This document shows, piece after piece, positions 48,159 to 56,910 of a DNA stretch of 64,000 nt. Numbering within the stretch: the stretch's first letter is position 1; every line of letters starts with the position of its first letter. The notes under the pieces were generated by a model. The model was not told where the DNA came from, ran no database searches, and saw only the letters and a program-made list of their open reading frames with translations. The stretch is from an uncultured Verrucomicrobiae bacterium (GTDB lineage: Bacteria; Verrucomicrobiota; Verrucomicrobiia; Limisphaerales; UBA11358), in the NCBI GenBank assembly GCA_963786375.1, contig CAWAYP010000001.1, forward strand, positions 107,169 to 171,168. The letters run 5' to 3'. The translations under genes were made by a program, and so were the position numbers.

Positions 48159-50261
48159 ATGAAACCAACCAAGTTCATCCTCTCATCAACCTGCCTGGCA
48201 TTGGCTGTCCTCTGCGGAATCGCCCGGGCACAAACGTCCAACCTTGTTTATCAGGAAACCTTCTATGTACCGAAGGATATCAATCAGTCGGTAACCAATG
48301 TCGGTTGGATTAATGAACTCTGCGGCGCTTTCGGACACGACTCGCGTATTTTCTCGGGTTCCATGAACGGTGCCCCGATAAACGGTGTGTCTTGGCCTGC
48401 AAGCGCCGTTTATACTTACAATGAGAATCAAACCAATGGCAACGAGGCCTTTTACTTTACCGTCGCAACCGCGAACGGAGGGCCATACGACGTGAGCGAT
48501 GGAGATGGCGCCGGGCCGGTCACCAATAAAATGGCTTTTCCAGGAATTAATTTGTCAACCGTGGCAAACTTGTCTTTCGCAGTAGCTTGCAATAATGGCC
48601 CCGGAGCCACGGAACAAGCGCACTGGGCCGTTCAAATCAACAACGGTCAGTGGTATGTTTCAACGAACTATTTCACACAAACAGGTTCGGCCTTCCAGAA
48701 TTTTTCGTTTATTTTTACCAACACGGCCGGCGCATGGAATCAGTTAACAGTCAGTGGCAATAATGTTATTTTAAATGGGACCAATGTAGTGGTTGGTCCA
48801 CCGGCTGGCGCTGATTTGAGCGGCTATATAACGGGTGCCGGTTTGGTATTTGAATACACGACGCCGGGAGGAAGCCTTCAGTTCAACAATTATGCCATCT
48901 ATGCCACCACCTCCTCCAACTCCTGCCTGCCCGTATTCTGGGTTGAGCCGTTGAACACAACGAACTTCCCTGGAACAACCGCGACATTTAGCGAGGAAGA
49001 TTCGTTGCTATACCCCGCTCCCACTTCCTTCCAGTGGATGGCCGGTGCCATCGGCAGCGGGGTTTACTCCAATCTGACCGACGGCGGGCAAATCTCCGGT
49101 TCGACGTCGAACGTCCTTCAAATTTCCAACCTGACGAGCGCCAACCAACTGGATTATGTCCTGGTCGGCTCGAATGAATGTGGTTCCGTCACCAGCTCGC
49201 CGCCGGCCACGTTGTGGGTCGTTGGTTCGCCGCCAACCCCGCTGTCTGATACCTTTATCTATCCCGACGACGCCCCTAATCTTGCCAGCAGCAGCGTCAC
49301 CCTCCACGCCGGCAACCACAACGTCATGAATTTCGCCGCGATATTTATTGGCAGCGAGCCAATCAGCTTTCAGTGGCAGTTCAGCCCCACCAACGACGGC
49401 ACCGGCGCGGTGCCGGTTTCCGGTGCGACCAACAGCAGCCTGACGTTGTCCGATCCTCCTACCAGCGCCAGCGGCTATTACCGATTGAGTGCCACCAACA
49501 GCCAGGGTGGCCCCGCCTACAGCGATTGGGGTGACTTGACCGTGCTGCCAGCCGCCACCGCCCAAATCCAATGGTCGGCCAAGGTGCCTTTCACTGGTAT
49601 GACCGCGGCCCAAATTCTGAATGGCACCCCCGGCGCTTTCTTCGAGGCTGAATCGTTCAACAACTATGGCACCGTCTTGTCGGTGACGAATGGCACGACT
49701 GTATTCGTCTTCGACACCACAGGCGTTTCAGCCAGCGAAACGGGTGGTTATACTACTTGGCCCAATCAATACAACGGGACCACGGGCGACACCAACTTGG
49801 ACAGCGTTCTTGGTACTGTTGAGGAAGGTGTCGAAACTATCACCCTGAACAACCTGACGGCGGGCCGGAGATATTCAGCGCAGTTATTCGCCTTTGATGA
49901 TAACGAAGGGCCGGCTCTCGAGGCAAACTTTTCGGATCCGAATGATTTGGCTGATGTTTCTCAGTCATTCGCCATGGGCGACAATGTTTATGTGGTGGGG
50001 ACTTTCATGGCCACCAACGCGACGGAAGCCATTACTCTGAATGGAGACTCCGGTCTATATGGGTGCTGCGTGATCGTTCGCGCCCTGGCGGCAACGCCTG
50101 CCATCCAATGGTCCGGCTCGAATTTACAAGTGAACTGGGACTATGGAACCCTCCTGGAAGCGACCAACCTTACCGGCCCGTGGACGACGAATGCCGCCAC
50201 GCCACCCTATGTGTTCAGCCCCACGAATCCGGCGCTGTTTTTCCGCACACAATTTCCGTGA
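48159..50261 (+). CDS. large secreted hypothetical protein with Ig-like repeats
   Basis: Signal peptide MKPTKFILSSTCLALAVLCGIARAQ. Two Ig-like segments contain FQWM... and FQWQF... Ser/Thr/Asn-rich; GC is visibly lower than in its neighbours. Confidence 0.7.
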   Translation: MKPTKFILSSTCLALAVLCGIARAQTSNLVYQETFYVPKDINQSVTNVGWINELCGAFGHDSRIFSGSMNGAPINGVSWPASAVYTYNENQTNGNEAFYFTVATANGGPYDVSDGDGAGPVTNKMAFPGINLSTVANLSFAVACNNGPGATEQAHWAVQINNGQWYVSTNYFTQTGSAFQNFSFIFTNTAGAWNQLTVSGNNVILNGTNVVVGPPAGADLSGYITGAGLVFEYTTPGGSLQFNNYAIYATTSSNSCLPVFWVEPLNTTNFPGTTATFSEEDSLLYPAPTSFQWMAGAIGSGVYSNLTDGGQISGSTSNVLQISNLTSANQLDYVLVGSNECGSVTSSPPATLWVVGSPPTPLSDTFIYPDDAPNLASSSVTLHAGNHNVMNFAAIFIGSEPISFQWQFSPTNDGTGAVPVSGATNSSLTLSDPPTSASGYYRLSATNSQGGPAYSDWGDLTVLPAATAQIQWSAKVPFTGMTAAQILNGTPGAFFEAESFNNYGTVLSVTNGTTVFVFDTTGVSASETGGYTTWPNQYNGTTGDTNLDSVLGTVEEGVETITLNNLTAGRRYSAQLFAFDDNEGPALEANFSDPNDLADVSQSFAMGDNVYVVGTFMATNATEAITLNGDSGLYGCCVIVRALAATPAIQWSGSNLQVNWDYGTLLEATNLTGPWTTNAATPPYVFSPTNPALFFRTQFP

Positions 50262-50350
50262 TCACGCCGGTTGGGTTTCGAGAATCCCCGAAAACTGCCG
50301 CACTGCCAAAAAATGGATTTCCGGCCCCAAGCAACAGGGTCGGATAATAT

Positions 50351-51841
50351 TCACGCGGGCACCGGATCCGGCTGCTTTATTGAAACCCTGGCTCCGTTGA
50401 CGGGAACCGCCGTGTCCAGCAAACGTTCCATAACGTCCGCCGCCGTGTAGGAATCGCAACCGGGTTTGAGAAATTGCGCGACATTGGCGACGTCGTCGCC
50501 GGCAGTCATTAACGCCAGTTCCTGATCGAGTTCGGGACGCATCTGGGCAAGGCCGACGTTGGCAACCAGTCCATTGCAGAGGCATTTGCGGCCTTGGGCA
50601 TCGGCCACCGTTCCGCCTTTTTTCACAAAATCATCCACCGGCTCGGCGGGACAGCGGTAGCCCGGCGTGCCATCCGGTTTGCGGTAGAGATGCCGGAGAT
50701 AACCCAGGTCGCAGATGCGCGTCCGGGCCGCGTATTGGTCGGCATGCGAAAGCGTTCCTTCCATCTGGACCACCTTGAACGGGAAACCGGTGGGCGAGGC
50801 GACCGGGTCGGTGAACACACGGGCAGTGCCGGCGCGGCTCATTTGCAAGGCGCGTTGTTTAAGTTCGGGGCGCAGACCAGATTCATTGCAAAACGCAAAT
50901 GCCGTTCCCACCTGGACGCCGGTGGCGCCAAGACGCAGGGCATCCGCCAGCCGGCCCGGCCGGCCATACGAACCGGCCAGCCAGAAGGGCAGACCGAGCG
51001 CGCGGATTTTTTCGAGGTCCACCACATCGCGCTCGCCGTACACGGGTTCGCCGATGGCGTTGAGTTGCAGCGGACCGCGGGGCGGGGCGTTGTGTCCGCC
51101 CGCGGTGTCACCCTCGACCACGAAGCCGTCCACGCGGCCGTTGGCTTTTTTGGCCAGGGTCATGGCAAGCGTGGCCGAGGCGACGATGCCAAGGAATTGC
51201 GGGCGTCGGGAAACCGGGGGCTGGCCGTTGCAGAAGGCGCGCGGGTCGAATGTGGAAAGGAACTCCTCGCCAGGCAGCGCGCCGATGACATCAATTTTCA
51301 ACTGGGCCGGTTCGCCTTGCGCCAGCCGGTTCAGCGCGCCGGGAATGGCGCGCGGGATGCCGGCGCCCATGAGCACGTAATCCACGTTGGCCAGCATCGC
51401 GCCGTAAAGCGAGGGCAGGGTCGGCAGCTGGATTTTTTCGAGAAAATTGATTCCGACCAGTCCGCCGTGGCCTTCCTTGGCCAGAAACACTTCCACAAAG
51501 TTGGCGACCACGGTCAATTCCACCAGGGGCGGACCGGGGCGGAGCGTCGGCATGGGGGCGGCTTTGAACGGTGCGGTCGGCAGTTTTCCGCCGGGAACAA
51601 AGTATTGGGCCAGCACCCGCTCGGCGATGGCAGGAATGGGAAACTCGCGCAGAGCGCGGCGCAAGTGGCCATCGAGATCACCCAGTTGCAGGTTGCGGGC
51701 CAGAATGATGGCGAGGCCCGTTCCGGAAACAACGCCGAGCTGGCCCAACCGCGAAATCGTGCCCGCCAGTTTCCACCCGGACACGGCCACTCCCATCCCA
51801 CCCTGAATGATTTTCGGTTGTGACATAATAAGTTGAACCAC
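50351..51841 (-). CDS. nitronate monooxygenase / 2-nitropropane dioxygenase family flavoprotein (long form)
   Basis: IIQGGMGVAVSGWKLAGTISRLGQLGVVSG and GFVVEGDTAGGH are NMO-family motifs. Confidence 0.82.
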   Translation of the reverse strand: MVQLIMSQPKIIQGGMGVAVSGWKLAGTISRLGQLGVVSGTGLAIILARNLQLGDLDGHLRRALREFPIPAIAERVLAQYFVPGGKLPTAPFKAAPMPTLRPGPPLVELTVVANFVEVFLAKEGHGGLVGINFLEKIQLPTLPSLYGAMLANVDYVLMGAGIPRAIPGALNRLAQGEPAQLKIDVIGALPGEEFLSTFDPRAFCNGQPPVSRRPQFLGIVASATLAMTLAKKANGRVDGFVVEGDTAGGHNAPPRGPLQLNAIGEPVYGERDVVDLEKIRALGLPFWLAGSYGRPGRLADALRLGATGVQVGTAFAFCNESGLRPELKQRALQMSRAGTARVFTDPVASPTGFPFKVVQMEGTLSHADQYAARTRICDLGYLRHLYRKPDGTPGYRCPAEPVDDFVKKGGTVADAQGRKCLCNGLVANVGLAQMRPELDQELALMTAGDDVANVAQFLKPGCDSYTAADVMERLLDTAVPVNGARVSIKQPDPVPA

Positions 51842-52039
51842 TTTTCCAGCAAGTTTCGCTCCACAAGGAGTGAAACCGACGACAGAAAGTCAGGAATCGC
51901 CAAAAAAGTGTCACTTGGAACACATTGGGCGCCCGTCGGAAACCGACGCTGTTGCATTTTAAGCGAATGGCCGGTGGAGGGGAAGCACTGTTTTAAGAAA
52001 TAAATACCTTCCAATTTGAGCGCCGCCCAGGCGCAGTTT

Positions 52040-52771
52040 CTACGAAACCGTTTTCCGGCCGGCCAGAACTTCCTGTTCAGCCGCGATGAGGAAGTCGCGC
52101 ATGGTCTGGGCGTCGGGCGCGTCGCGAAGCTGGTCGAGTAATTTCGTTTTCTGCGCGATGAGGCACAGGCGGGCCAGGGTGTGCAAATGCAGCCGGTCGT
52201 CCTGGCAGCAAAGCAGGAAGAACAGATGGGTCGGCTGGCCGTCGGGCGCGCCGAAATGGATTTCCTGGACCGGCCGCCCCACCACGATGAACGAGGTTTC
52301 GAACAGGTAAGGTTCATGGGACCGCGGGTGCGGGAGCGCCAATCCGCCCGGCAACGCCGTGGAACACAATTCCTCGCGCGCCTCCAGGCTGGCCAGCAGG
52401 ATCTTGGGATCGGAGAGGTTCCCGGTTTTTTCCGCGAGCGCCACCAGATCACGCAGGACGGACGCCTTGGTCTTGGACGTCATGGCCGAGGCAACGGCTC
52501 CTGACTGGAGCATTGCCGGCAGCATGGCCGCTTCCGGCAGGATTTTCCGCGTAAACCGCGTCGTTTCCTGGTGATAATCGGCCAACTGCTGGCCGGTGGA
52601 ACCGAGGATGCGTTGCGAGGCCCACGCGTCAATTTCGGCCTTGCGAAAAACAATCCGGTCGCCGCGTTTTTCGAAAGGAATTTCGCGGTCCTTCACCCGC
52701 TGTTCAATGTCTGCGGGCGTGAGGTGCAAATAATCAGCCACCCCTTCAAGGTCGAGTAATCGGTACGGCAT
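52040..52771 (-). CDS. excisionase-type HTH fused to a PTS EIIA(Ntr/Fru)-like domain
   Basis: LLDLEGVADYLHLTPADIEQRVKDREIPFEKRGDRIVFRKAEIDAW (HTH_17-like) followed by ALPHPR...GQPTHLFFLLC (EIIA-2 pattern). Start trimmed to ATG 52771. Confidence 0.78.
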   Translation of the reverse strand: MPYRLLDLEGVADYLHLTPADIEQRVKDREIPFEKRGDRIVFRKAEIDAWASQRILGSTGQQLADYHQETTRFTRKILPEAAMLPAMLQSGAVASAMTSKTKASVLRDLVALAEKTGNLSDPKILLASLEAREELCSTALPGGLALPHPRSHEPYLFETSFIVVGRPVQEIHFGAPDGQPTHLFFLLCCQDDRLHLHTLARLCLIAQKTKLLDQLRDAPDAQTMRDFLIAAEQEVLAGRKTVS

Positions 52772-52862
52772 AAAAGCGCGCGTCGTGATGCGCCTTAACT
52801 TAACGCCAGACCGGCTTGACGACAATCCTTGTTGCTCCAGCTGAAAATGCTTAAAAGAAGTC

Positions 52863-53354
52863 ATGGCTCAGAACTATCCGCCAGTTGACCCCCGGGTCCG
52901 CATCGGCCACGTGCACCTCAAGGTGGCTGACTTGGAACGCGCATTGAAATTTTACCGCGACGTGCTCGGATTCGAGCTGACGCAGCATTTTGGCCGGCAG
53001 GCGGCGTTTCTTTCCGCCGGCGGTTATCATCATCACATCGGATTGAACATCTGGGAAAGCGCGGGCGGCCCGCCGCCACCGCCCGGCACGACCGGTCTGT
53101 ATCATCTGGCCATTGTGTATCCGACCCGCGCATCGCTGGCCGATGCGCTGCGCCGCGTGCGGGCCGCGGGCATTGAACTCGACGGCGCCTCGGATCACGG
53201 CGTGAGTGAGGCGTTGTATTTGCGCGACCCGGACGGCAACGGCGTCGAACTTTACTGGGACCGGCCGAAGGAACAATGGCCCCGCTCGCCCGACGGCGGC
53301 GTGGCGATGTTCACTCACCCGCTGGATTTGGACGCGCTGCTGAAAGAAAGATAG
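52863..53354 (+). CDS. VOC (glyoxalase/dioxygenase) family protein
   Basis: IGHVHLKVADLERALKFYRDVLGFEL ... HHHIGLN ... DHGVSEALYLRDPDGNGVELY. Confidence 0.85.
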   Translation: MAQNYPPVDPRVRIGHVHLKVADLERALKFYRDVLGFELTQHFGRQAAFLSAGGYHHHIGLNIWESAGGPPPPPGTTGLYHLAIVYPTRASLADALRRVRAAGIELDGASDHGVSEALYLRDPDGNGVELYWDRPKEQWPRSPDGGVAMFTHPLDLDALLKER

Positions 53355-53553
53355 CGATCAACCACCAGCTTGCTTGTCCCAAACGCCACTTTCACGTTGG
53401 ACCGTATTTGTCCAATCCGCTGCGGTATGATTTCGCGCTGAACCGTTGTGCACAAAAGAAGTTTTGAACTTTAATTTGAGTGTAGGCGGAAAATTGATTA
53501 TCCAAAGCACTGGAGAAAATGATGAGGCTCGCCCATTTTAAAAGAAAGTGAAG

Positions 53554-53697
53554 ATGAAAGCTACGGTTCAGAAAACTCAATGCCAAAACCAATTGGTATG
53601 TCCTCATTGTCACAACACAAACCGTTTCATTGAAGTGATGGCTGAAGAAGCTCATGTGGTAAACGGCCGGCGAGATTATATCCGGTGTCGTTGCTAG
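53554..53697 (+). CDS. candidate small zinc-ribbon protein (47 aa) ending at an amber codon
   Basis: Hand-translated: MKATVQKTQCQNQLVCPHCHNTNRFIEVMAEEAHVVNGRRDYIRCRC-TAG. The upstream stretch is purine-rich. The frame stays open for 51 more codons after the TAG. Confidence 0.3.
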   Translation: MKATVQKTQCQNQLVCPHCHNTNRFIEVMAEEAHVVNGRRDYIRCRC

Positions 53698-53849
53698 GAA
53701 GAAGCCGGACTGGCTTGTCCGTTTGCGAGAATTGGTCGTCAGCTGACGAATCAAAGGACGGATGCCGTAGCCATGAACGTGCTCGACCCTTTTGAGGTCG
53801 CAGAAACACGAGGTTTGACTCATAGTCGCAAGGGGTGTAAAAAGGCAGT

Positions 53850-54086
53850 ATGACGATTGAACTGCCAGATGTGCCTGACGCCGGTCAGTTGACGCCAGAT
53901 GAGATTCGGCTGGAATTGGCCTGCGCGTTGTATGCGCGCGGGCGCATTGGCAAGGTCGCAGCGACGCAGATGGCGGGTGTGGATATCTTCACCTTCCAGC
54001 GCGCCTTGAGTGAGCGCCGGGTCCCGCTTTACACGGAGCAGATGCTGGCGTCGGACATCCAGTCTTTCAACGAAACATTCTCCTAG
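53850..54086 (+). CDS. UPF0175 family antitoxin
   Basis: LACALYARGRIGKVAATQMAGVDIFTFQRALSERRVP is the UPF0175 pattern. Abuts the DUF3368 gene with a 1-nt overlap. Confidence 0.8.
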   Translation: MTIELPDVPDAGQLTPDEIRLELACALYARGRIGKVAATQMAGVDIFTFQRALSERRVPLYTEQMLASDIQSFNETFS

Positions 54087-54577
54087 TGATTGTCGTGGCC
54101 GACACGTCGGTGCTCATCAATCTTTGCCGCGTCGGTCAGGGCGGCCTGTTCAAAAAATTGTTCCACGAGGTGGTCATCCCGCCGGAAGTCGCGGCGGAAT
54201 TTATCCGTTTGGCGGGCTGCACTTCGCGTTTTGCCGGCCTGAAGGTTCCAGCTGGCATCAAGCAACAATCGCCCACTAATTTGCTGGCCGCAGTGATTGA
54301 CGCGCCGGGTCTGGATTCGGGGGAGGCGGCGGCTTTGTCGCTGGCGGTGGAAATCCACGCCGATGCGGTTTTGATTGATGAACGCCGCGGCTACGAAGTT
54401 GCTGTTCAGCTTGGTTTGCGCACGCTGGGAATTCTCGGCATCCTGCTTCGCGCAAAGTCCGCTGGTTGTATTCCTGCAGTCAAACCCGTTCTCGACGCTT
54501 TGCGGCAAGATGCAGGTTTCTGGCTTTCCGAAGCGTTGCGAAAACAGGTTCTGACGGCGGCTGGCGAAAATTCCTGA
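54086..54577 (+). CDS. DUF3368 (PIN-like) toxin
   Basis: IVVADTSVLINLCRVG...VVIPPEVAAE...LDSGEAAALSLAVE...VLIDERRG shows PIN-like acidic residues in order. Confidence 0.8.
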   Translation: MIVVADTSVLINLCRVGQGGLFKKLFHEVVIPPEVAAEFIRLAGCTSRFAGLKVPAGIKQQSPTNLLAAVIDAPGLDSGEAAALSLAVEIHADAVLIDERRGYEVAVQLGLRTLGILGILLRAKSAGCIPAVKPVLDALRQDAGFWLSEALRKQVLTAAGENS

Positions 54578-54678
54578 CGCAATTCCCACCGCCCAAAATT
54601 CCGGTGCGTCCTCCGTCCCGCCTGTTTGACAGATTCGATTTCTGGTTTACTCATGTTCCAGACTCGCAATGCGGGAGC

Positions 54679-55740
54679 ATGATTATGAAAATTGCAGAAC
54701 AAAATTTTGGCGTGTTGCCGGTAACAAATCAGTCGGCAACGTTGGATGCTGAGTCCACAGTCCACAGTGAGCCAGTGTCGGACGGGCCGTTGCTCGACGC
54801 GTATTCCAACGCCGTCGTCAATGCGGCGGAGACGGTCAGCCCGTCGGTGGTGAAGATTGATGTGCGTAAAGGGGGGGCACGAGGCACGAGGCCCGAGGCT
54901 GGTGGCAGCGGGTCGGGTTTCATCATCACACCGGACGGTTTCGCCCTCACCAACAGCCACGTTGTCCACGGCGCGGACCGGATTGAAGTCACGCTGGCCG
55001 ATGGCCGGCATCCCGACGCGCAGGTCATCGGGTCGGACCCGGACACGGACCTGGCGGTCATCCGCATTTACGCGCCGGACCTCAAGCCGGTGCGCCTCGG
55101 CGATTCGAACCGGTTGCGCGTGGGCCAGCTCGCCGTCGCCATCGGCAATCCATACGGGTTTCAATACACCGTGACGGCGGGCGTGGTGAGCGCGCTGGGC
55201 CGTTCGTTCCGGTCCAGTTCGGGCCGGCTCATGGACAATATCATTCAGACCGACGCCGCGTTAAATCCGGGCAATTCCGGCGGGCCGCTGGTCAATTCGC
55301 GCGGCGAAGTCATCGGCGTCAACACGGCGGTGATTCTGCCGGCGCAGGGGCTTTGCTTTGCCATCGCCATCAACACGGCCAAATACATCGCCGGCTGGTT
55401 GATCAAGGACGGCGTCATCCGGCGCAGTTATATCGGCGTGGGCGGGCAGACGGCGAAAATCCATCGGCGGCTGGTGCGGTATCACAATCTGCCGTCGGAA
55501 ACCGGCATGCTGGTGATCAGCGTCGAGCCGGGCAGCCCGGCGAGCCAGGCCAGCCTGCGCGAGGGTGATATGATTGTGGAATACGGCGGACAAGCCGTCA
55601 CCGGCATTGACGAACTGCACAAATTGCTGACCGGAGAACAGGTCGGGGTGCGTTCGCCGATTGTGGTGTTGCGGGGCACGGAGAAGTTGCGCCTGGAAAT
55701 CGTGCCGCAGGAATCCGGCGCGCGGTTGATGCTGAATTAA
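54679..55740 (+). CDS. HtrA/DegP-like S1C serine protease with a PDZ domain
   Basis: GSGFIITPDGFALTNSHVV (His), DTDLAVI (Asp), NPGNSGGPLV (Ser), and a C-terminal PDZ (GDMIVEYGGQAV). Start at ATG 54679 following GGGAG. Confidence 0.88.
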   Translation: MIMKIAEQNFGVLPVTNQSATLDAESTVHSEPVSDGPLLDAYSNAVVNAAETVSPSVVKIDVRKGGARGTRPEAGGSGSGFIITPDGFALTNSHVVHGADRIEVTLADGRHPDAQVIGSDPDTDLAVIRIYAPDLKPVRLGDSNRLRVGQLAVAIGNPYGFQYTVTAGVVSALGRSFRSSSGRLMDNIIQTDAALNPGNSGGPLVNSRGEVIGVNTAVILPAQGLCFAIAINTAKYIAGWLIKDGVIRRSYIGVGGQTAKIHRRLVRYHNLPSETGMLVISVEPGSPASQASLREGDMIVEYGGQAVTGIDELHKLLTGEQVGVRSPIVVLRGTEKLRLEIVPQESGARLMLN

Positions 55741-55744
55741 CGAA

Positions 55745-55820
55745 TCGTCCTCCTCGTCGTCCTCGTTCTCGTAATCGAAAGTGGGAAAAGTCGAGGACGA
55801 GGAGGAGGACGAGAACGAAA
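55745..55820 (+). repeat. CCTCGTC/GACGAGG hairpin element (family C) directly after the htrA-like stop
   Basis: TCGTCCTCCTCGTCGTCCTCGTTCTCGTAATCGAAagtgggaaaagTCGAGGACGAGGAGGAGGACGAGAACGA shares the CTCGTAATCGAA core with 8626-8688. Confidence 0.7.
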
Positions 55821-55827
55821 GAATTTG

Positions 55828-56358
55828 TCAGCCTTTCCGGTCGAAGAACGGATTTTTGCCGGTGACGCTCAACGGAATGCCCAGCGCCTGTTTGACCTGT
55901 GGCCCAAACAGGCCCAGGTCCAGGCACGCGCGGCCGATGGAAAACATGACACGGTTGTCCACGTGAAACCGGCCGGCCACTTCCGCCGCCGAAGCCGTGG
56001 CGATGCCGAGGTCAATCGAGTTGAACGCGCAGACGCCGCCGGCTTCCTCCAGCGCTTCGCAGGACGGCTTGCCGCAGAAGCCACAGTTCAATCCGGCGGT
56101 GTTCGATTCCACGCCGATGACGACTACGGCCGGCAAGTTCGCAATGTTGCCGGCGTCACGCGCGGCACTGGGCCGGTCTTCCTTCGCGGCGATTTCCCGC
56201 ATCTTGGCGATGAGCTTTTGCTTCGTCGGTTCGTCGTCAATCGCGAGGGTTTTGATATTGTCAATGCCGCGCGTTTTTGGGGCTGTCCGCGCCGCCGCCG
56301 CCATCAGCGCCGCAACTTGCAGCGCCGCTGATTTTTCCAGTTCAACGGAAGTTTTCAT
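55828..56358 (-). CDS. DUF2148 ferredoxin-like domain protein
   Basis: AARTAPKTRGID..., NCGFCGKPSCEA, IDLGIA: DUF2148 pattern, ~176 aa. Confidence 0.78.
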   Translation of the reverse strand: MKTSVELEKSAALQVAALMAAAARTAPKTRGIDNIKTLAIDDEPTKQKLIAKMREIAAKEDRPSAARDAGNIANLPAVVVIGVESNTAGLNCGFCGKPSCEALEEAGGVCAFNSIDLGIATASAAEVAGRFHVDNRVMFSIGRACLDLGLFGPQVKQALGIPLSVTGKNPFFDRKG

Positions 56359-56489
56359 TGCAGTGATGAAAGCATACGCTCACCACTATTGGAAACAAAT
56401 CAAAAGCATGACGTTCGGGCGCGAACCACTGGGATGGGATTTTAAATTGTGCGCCAGCGTCCCGTGGATTTTCTGCTATATTTCCAGCC

Positions 56490-56882
56490 ATGAAAACGAA
56501 GGTTTTGGGAAATTCTGATCCGGCCATTGCCCCCATCGGCTTCGGCGCATGGGCGATTGGCGGCGATGGGAAATTCGGCTGGGGCGCGCAGGACGACACG
56601 CAGTCCATCGCGGCGATTCACCGCGCGCTCGAACTGGGCGTGAACGGGATTAACGCTGCCGATGTTTTTAGACTGGGACATTCCGAGGAAGTCGTCGCGC
56701 GCGCAACGCGAAGCAGGTGGACGGCATCGTTGGCGCAGTGGATTTCCGGCTTGCACCGCGGGAAGTTGCGGCAGTGGAGCGCAAATAAAAGCTCGCCGGC
56801 AAATTTTAAAAAGGGCAGATGTAACCTGAAACCACCCGGCACGGAAATCGCCGGCAACCCCAATGTTGGCAGCCCGTGTTGA
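56490..56882 (+). pseudogene. aldo/keto reductase N-terminal remnant
   Basis: The first ~65 aa (LGNSDPAIAPIGFGAWAIGG...WGAQDDTQSIAAIHRALELGVN.I..A.V..LGHSEEVVARA) are AKR-like. The rest of the ORF has no AKR similarity and the ORF is far too short. Confidence 0.6.
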
Positions 56883-56910
56883 ACGCAGTCCTTTGCATCA
56901 CTGAAAGTTT

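Noticed and set aside
53392-53823. 143-aa minus-strand ORF in the AT-rich pocket
   Set aside because: Its composition is not protein-like (Phe/Ser/Leu-rich, no SD). The plus strand carries a more plausible Cys-rich small ORF coupled to the TA pair.
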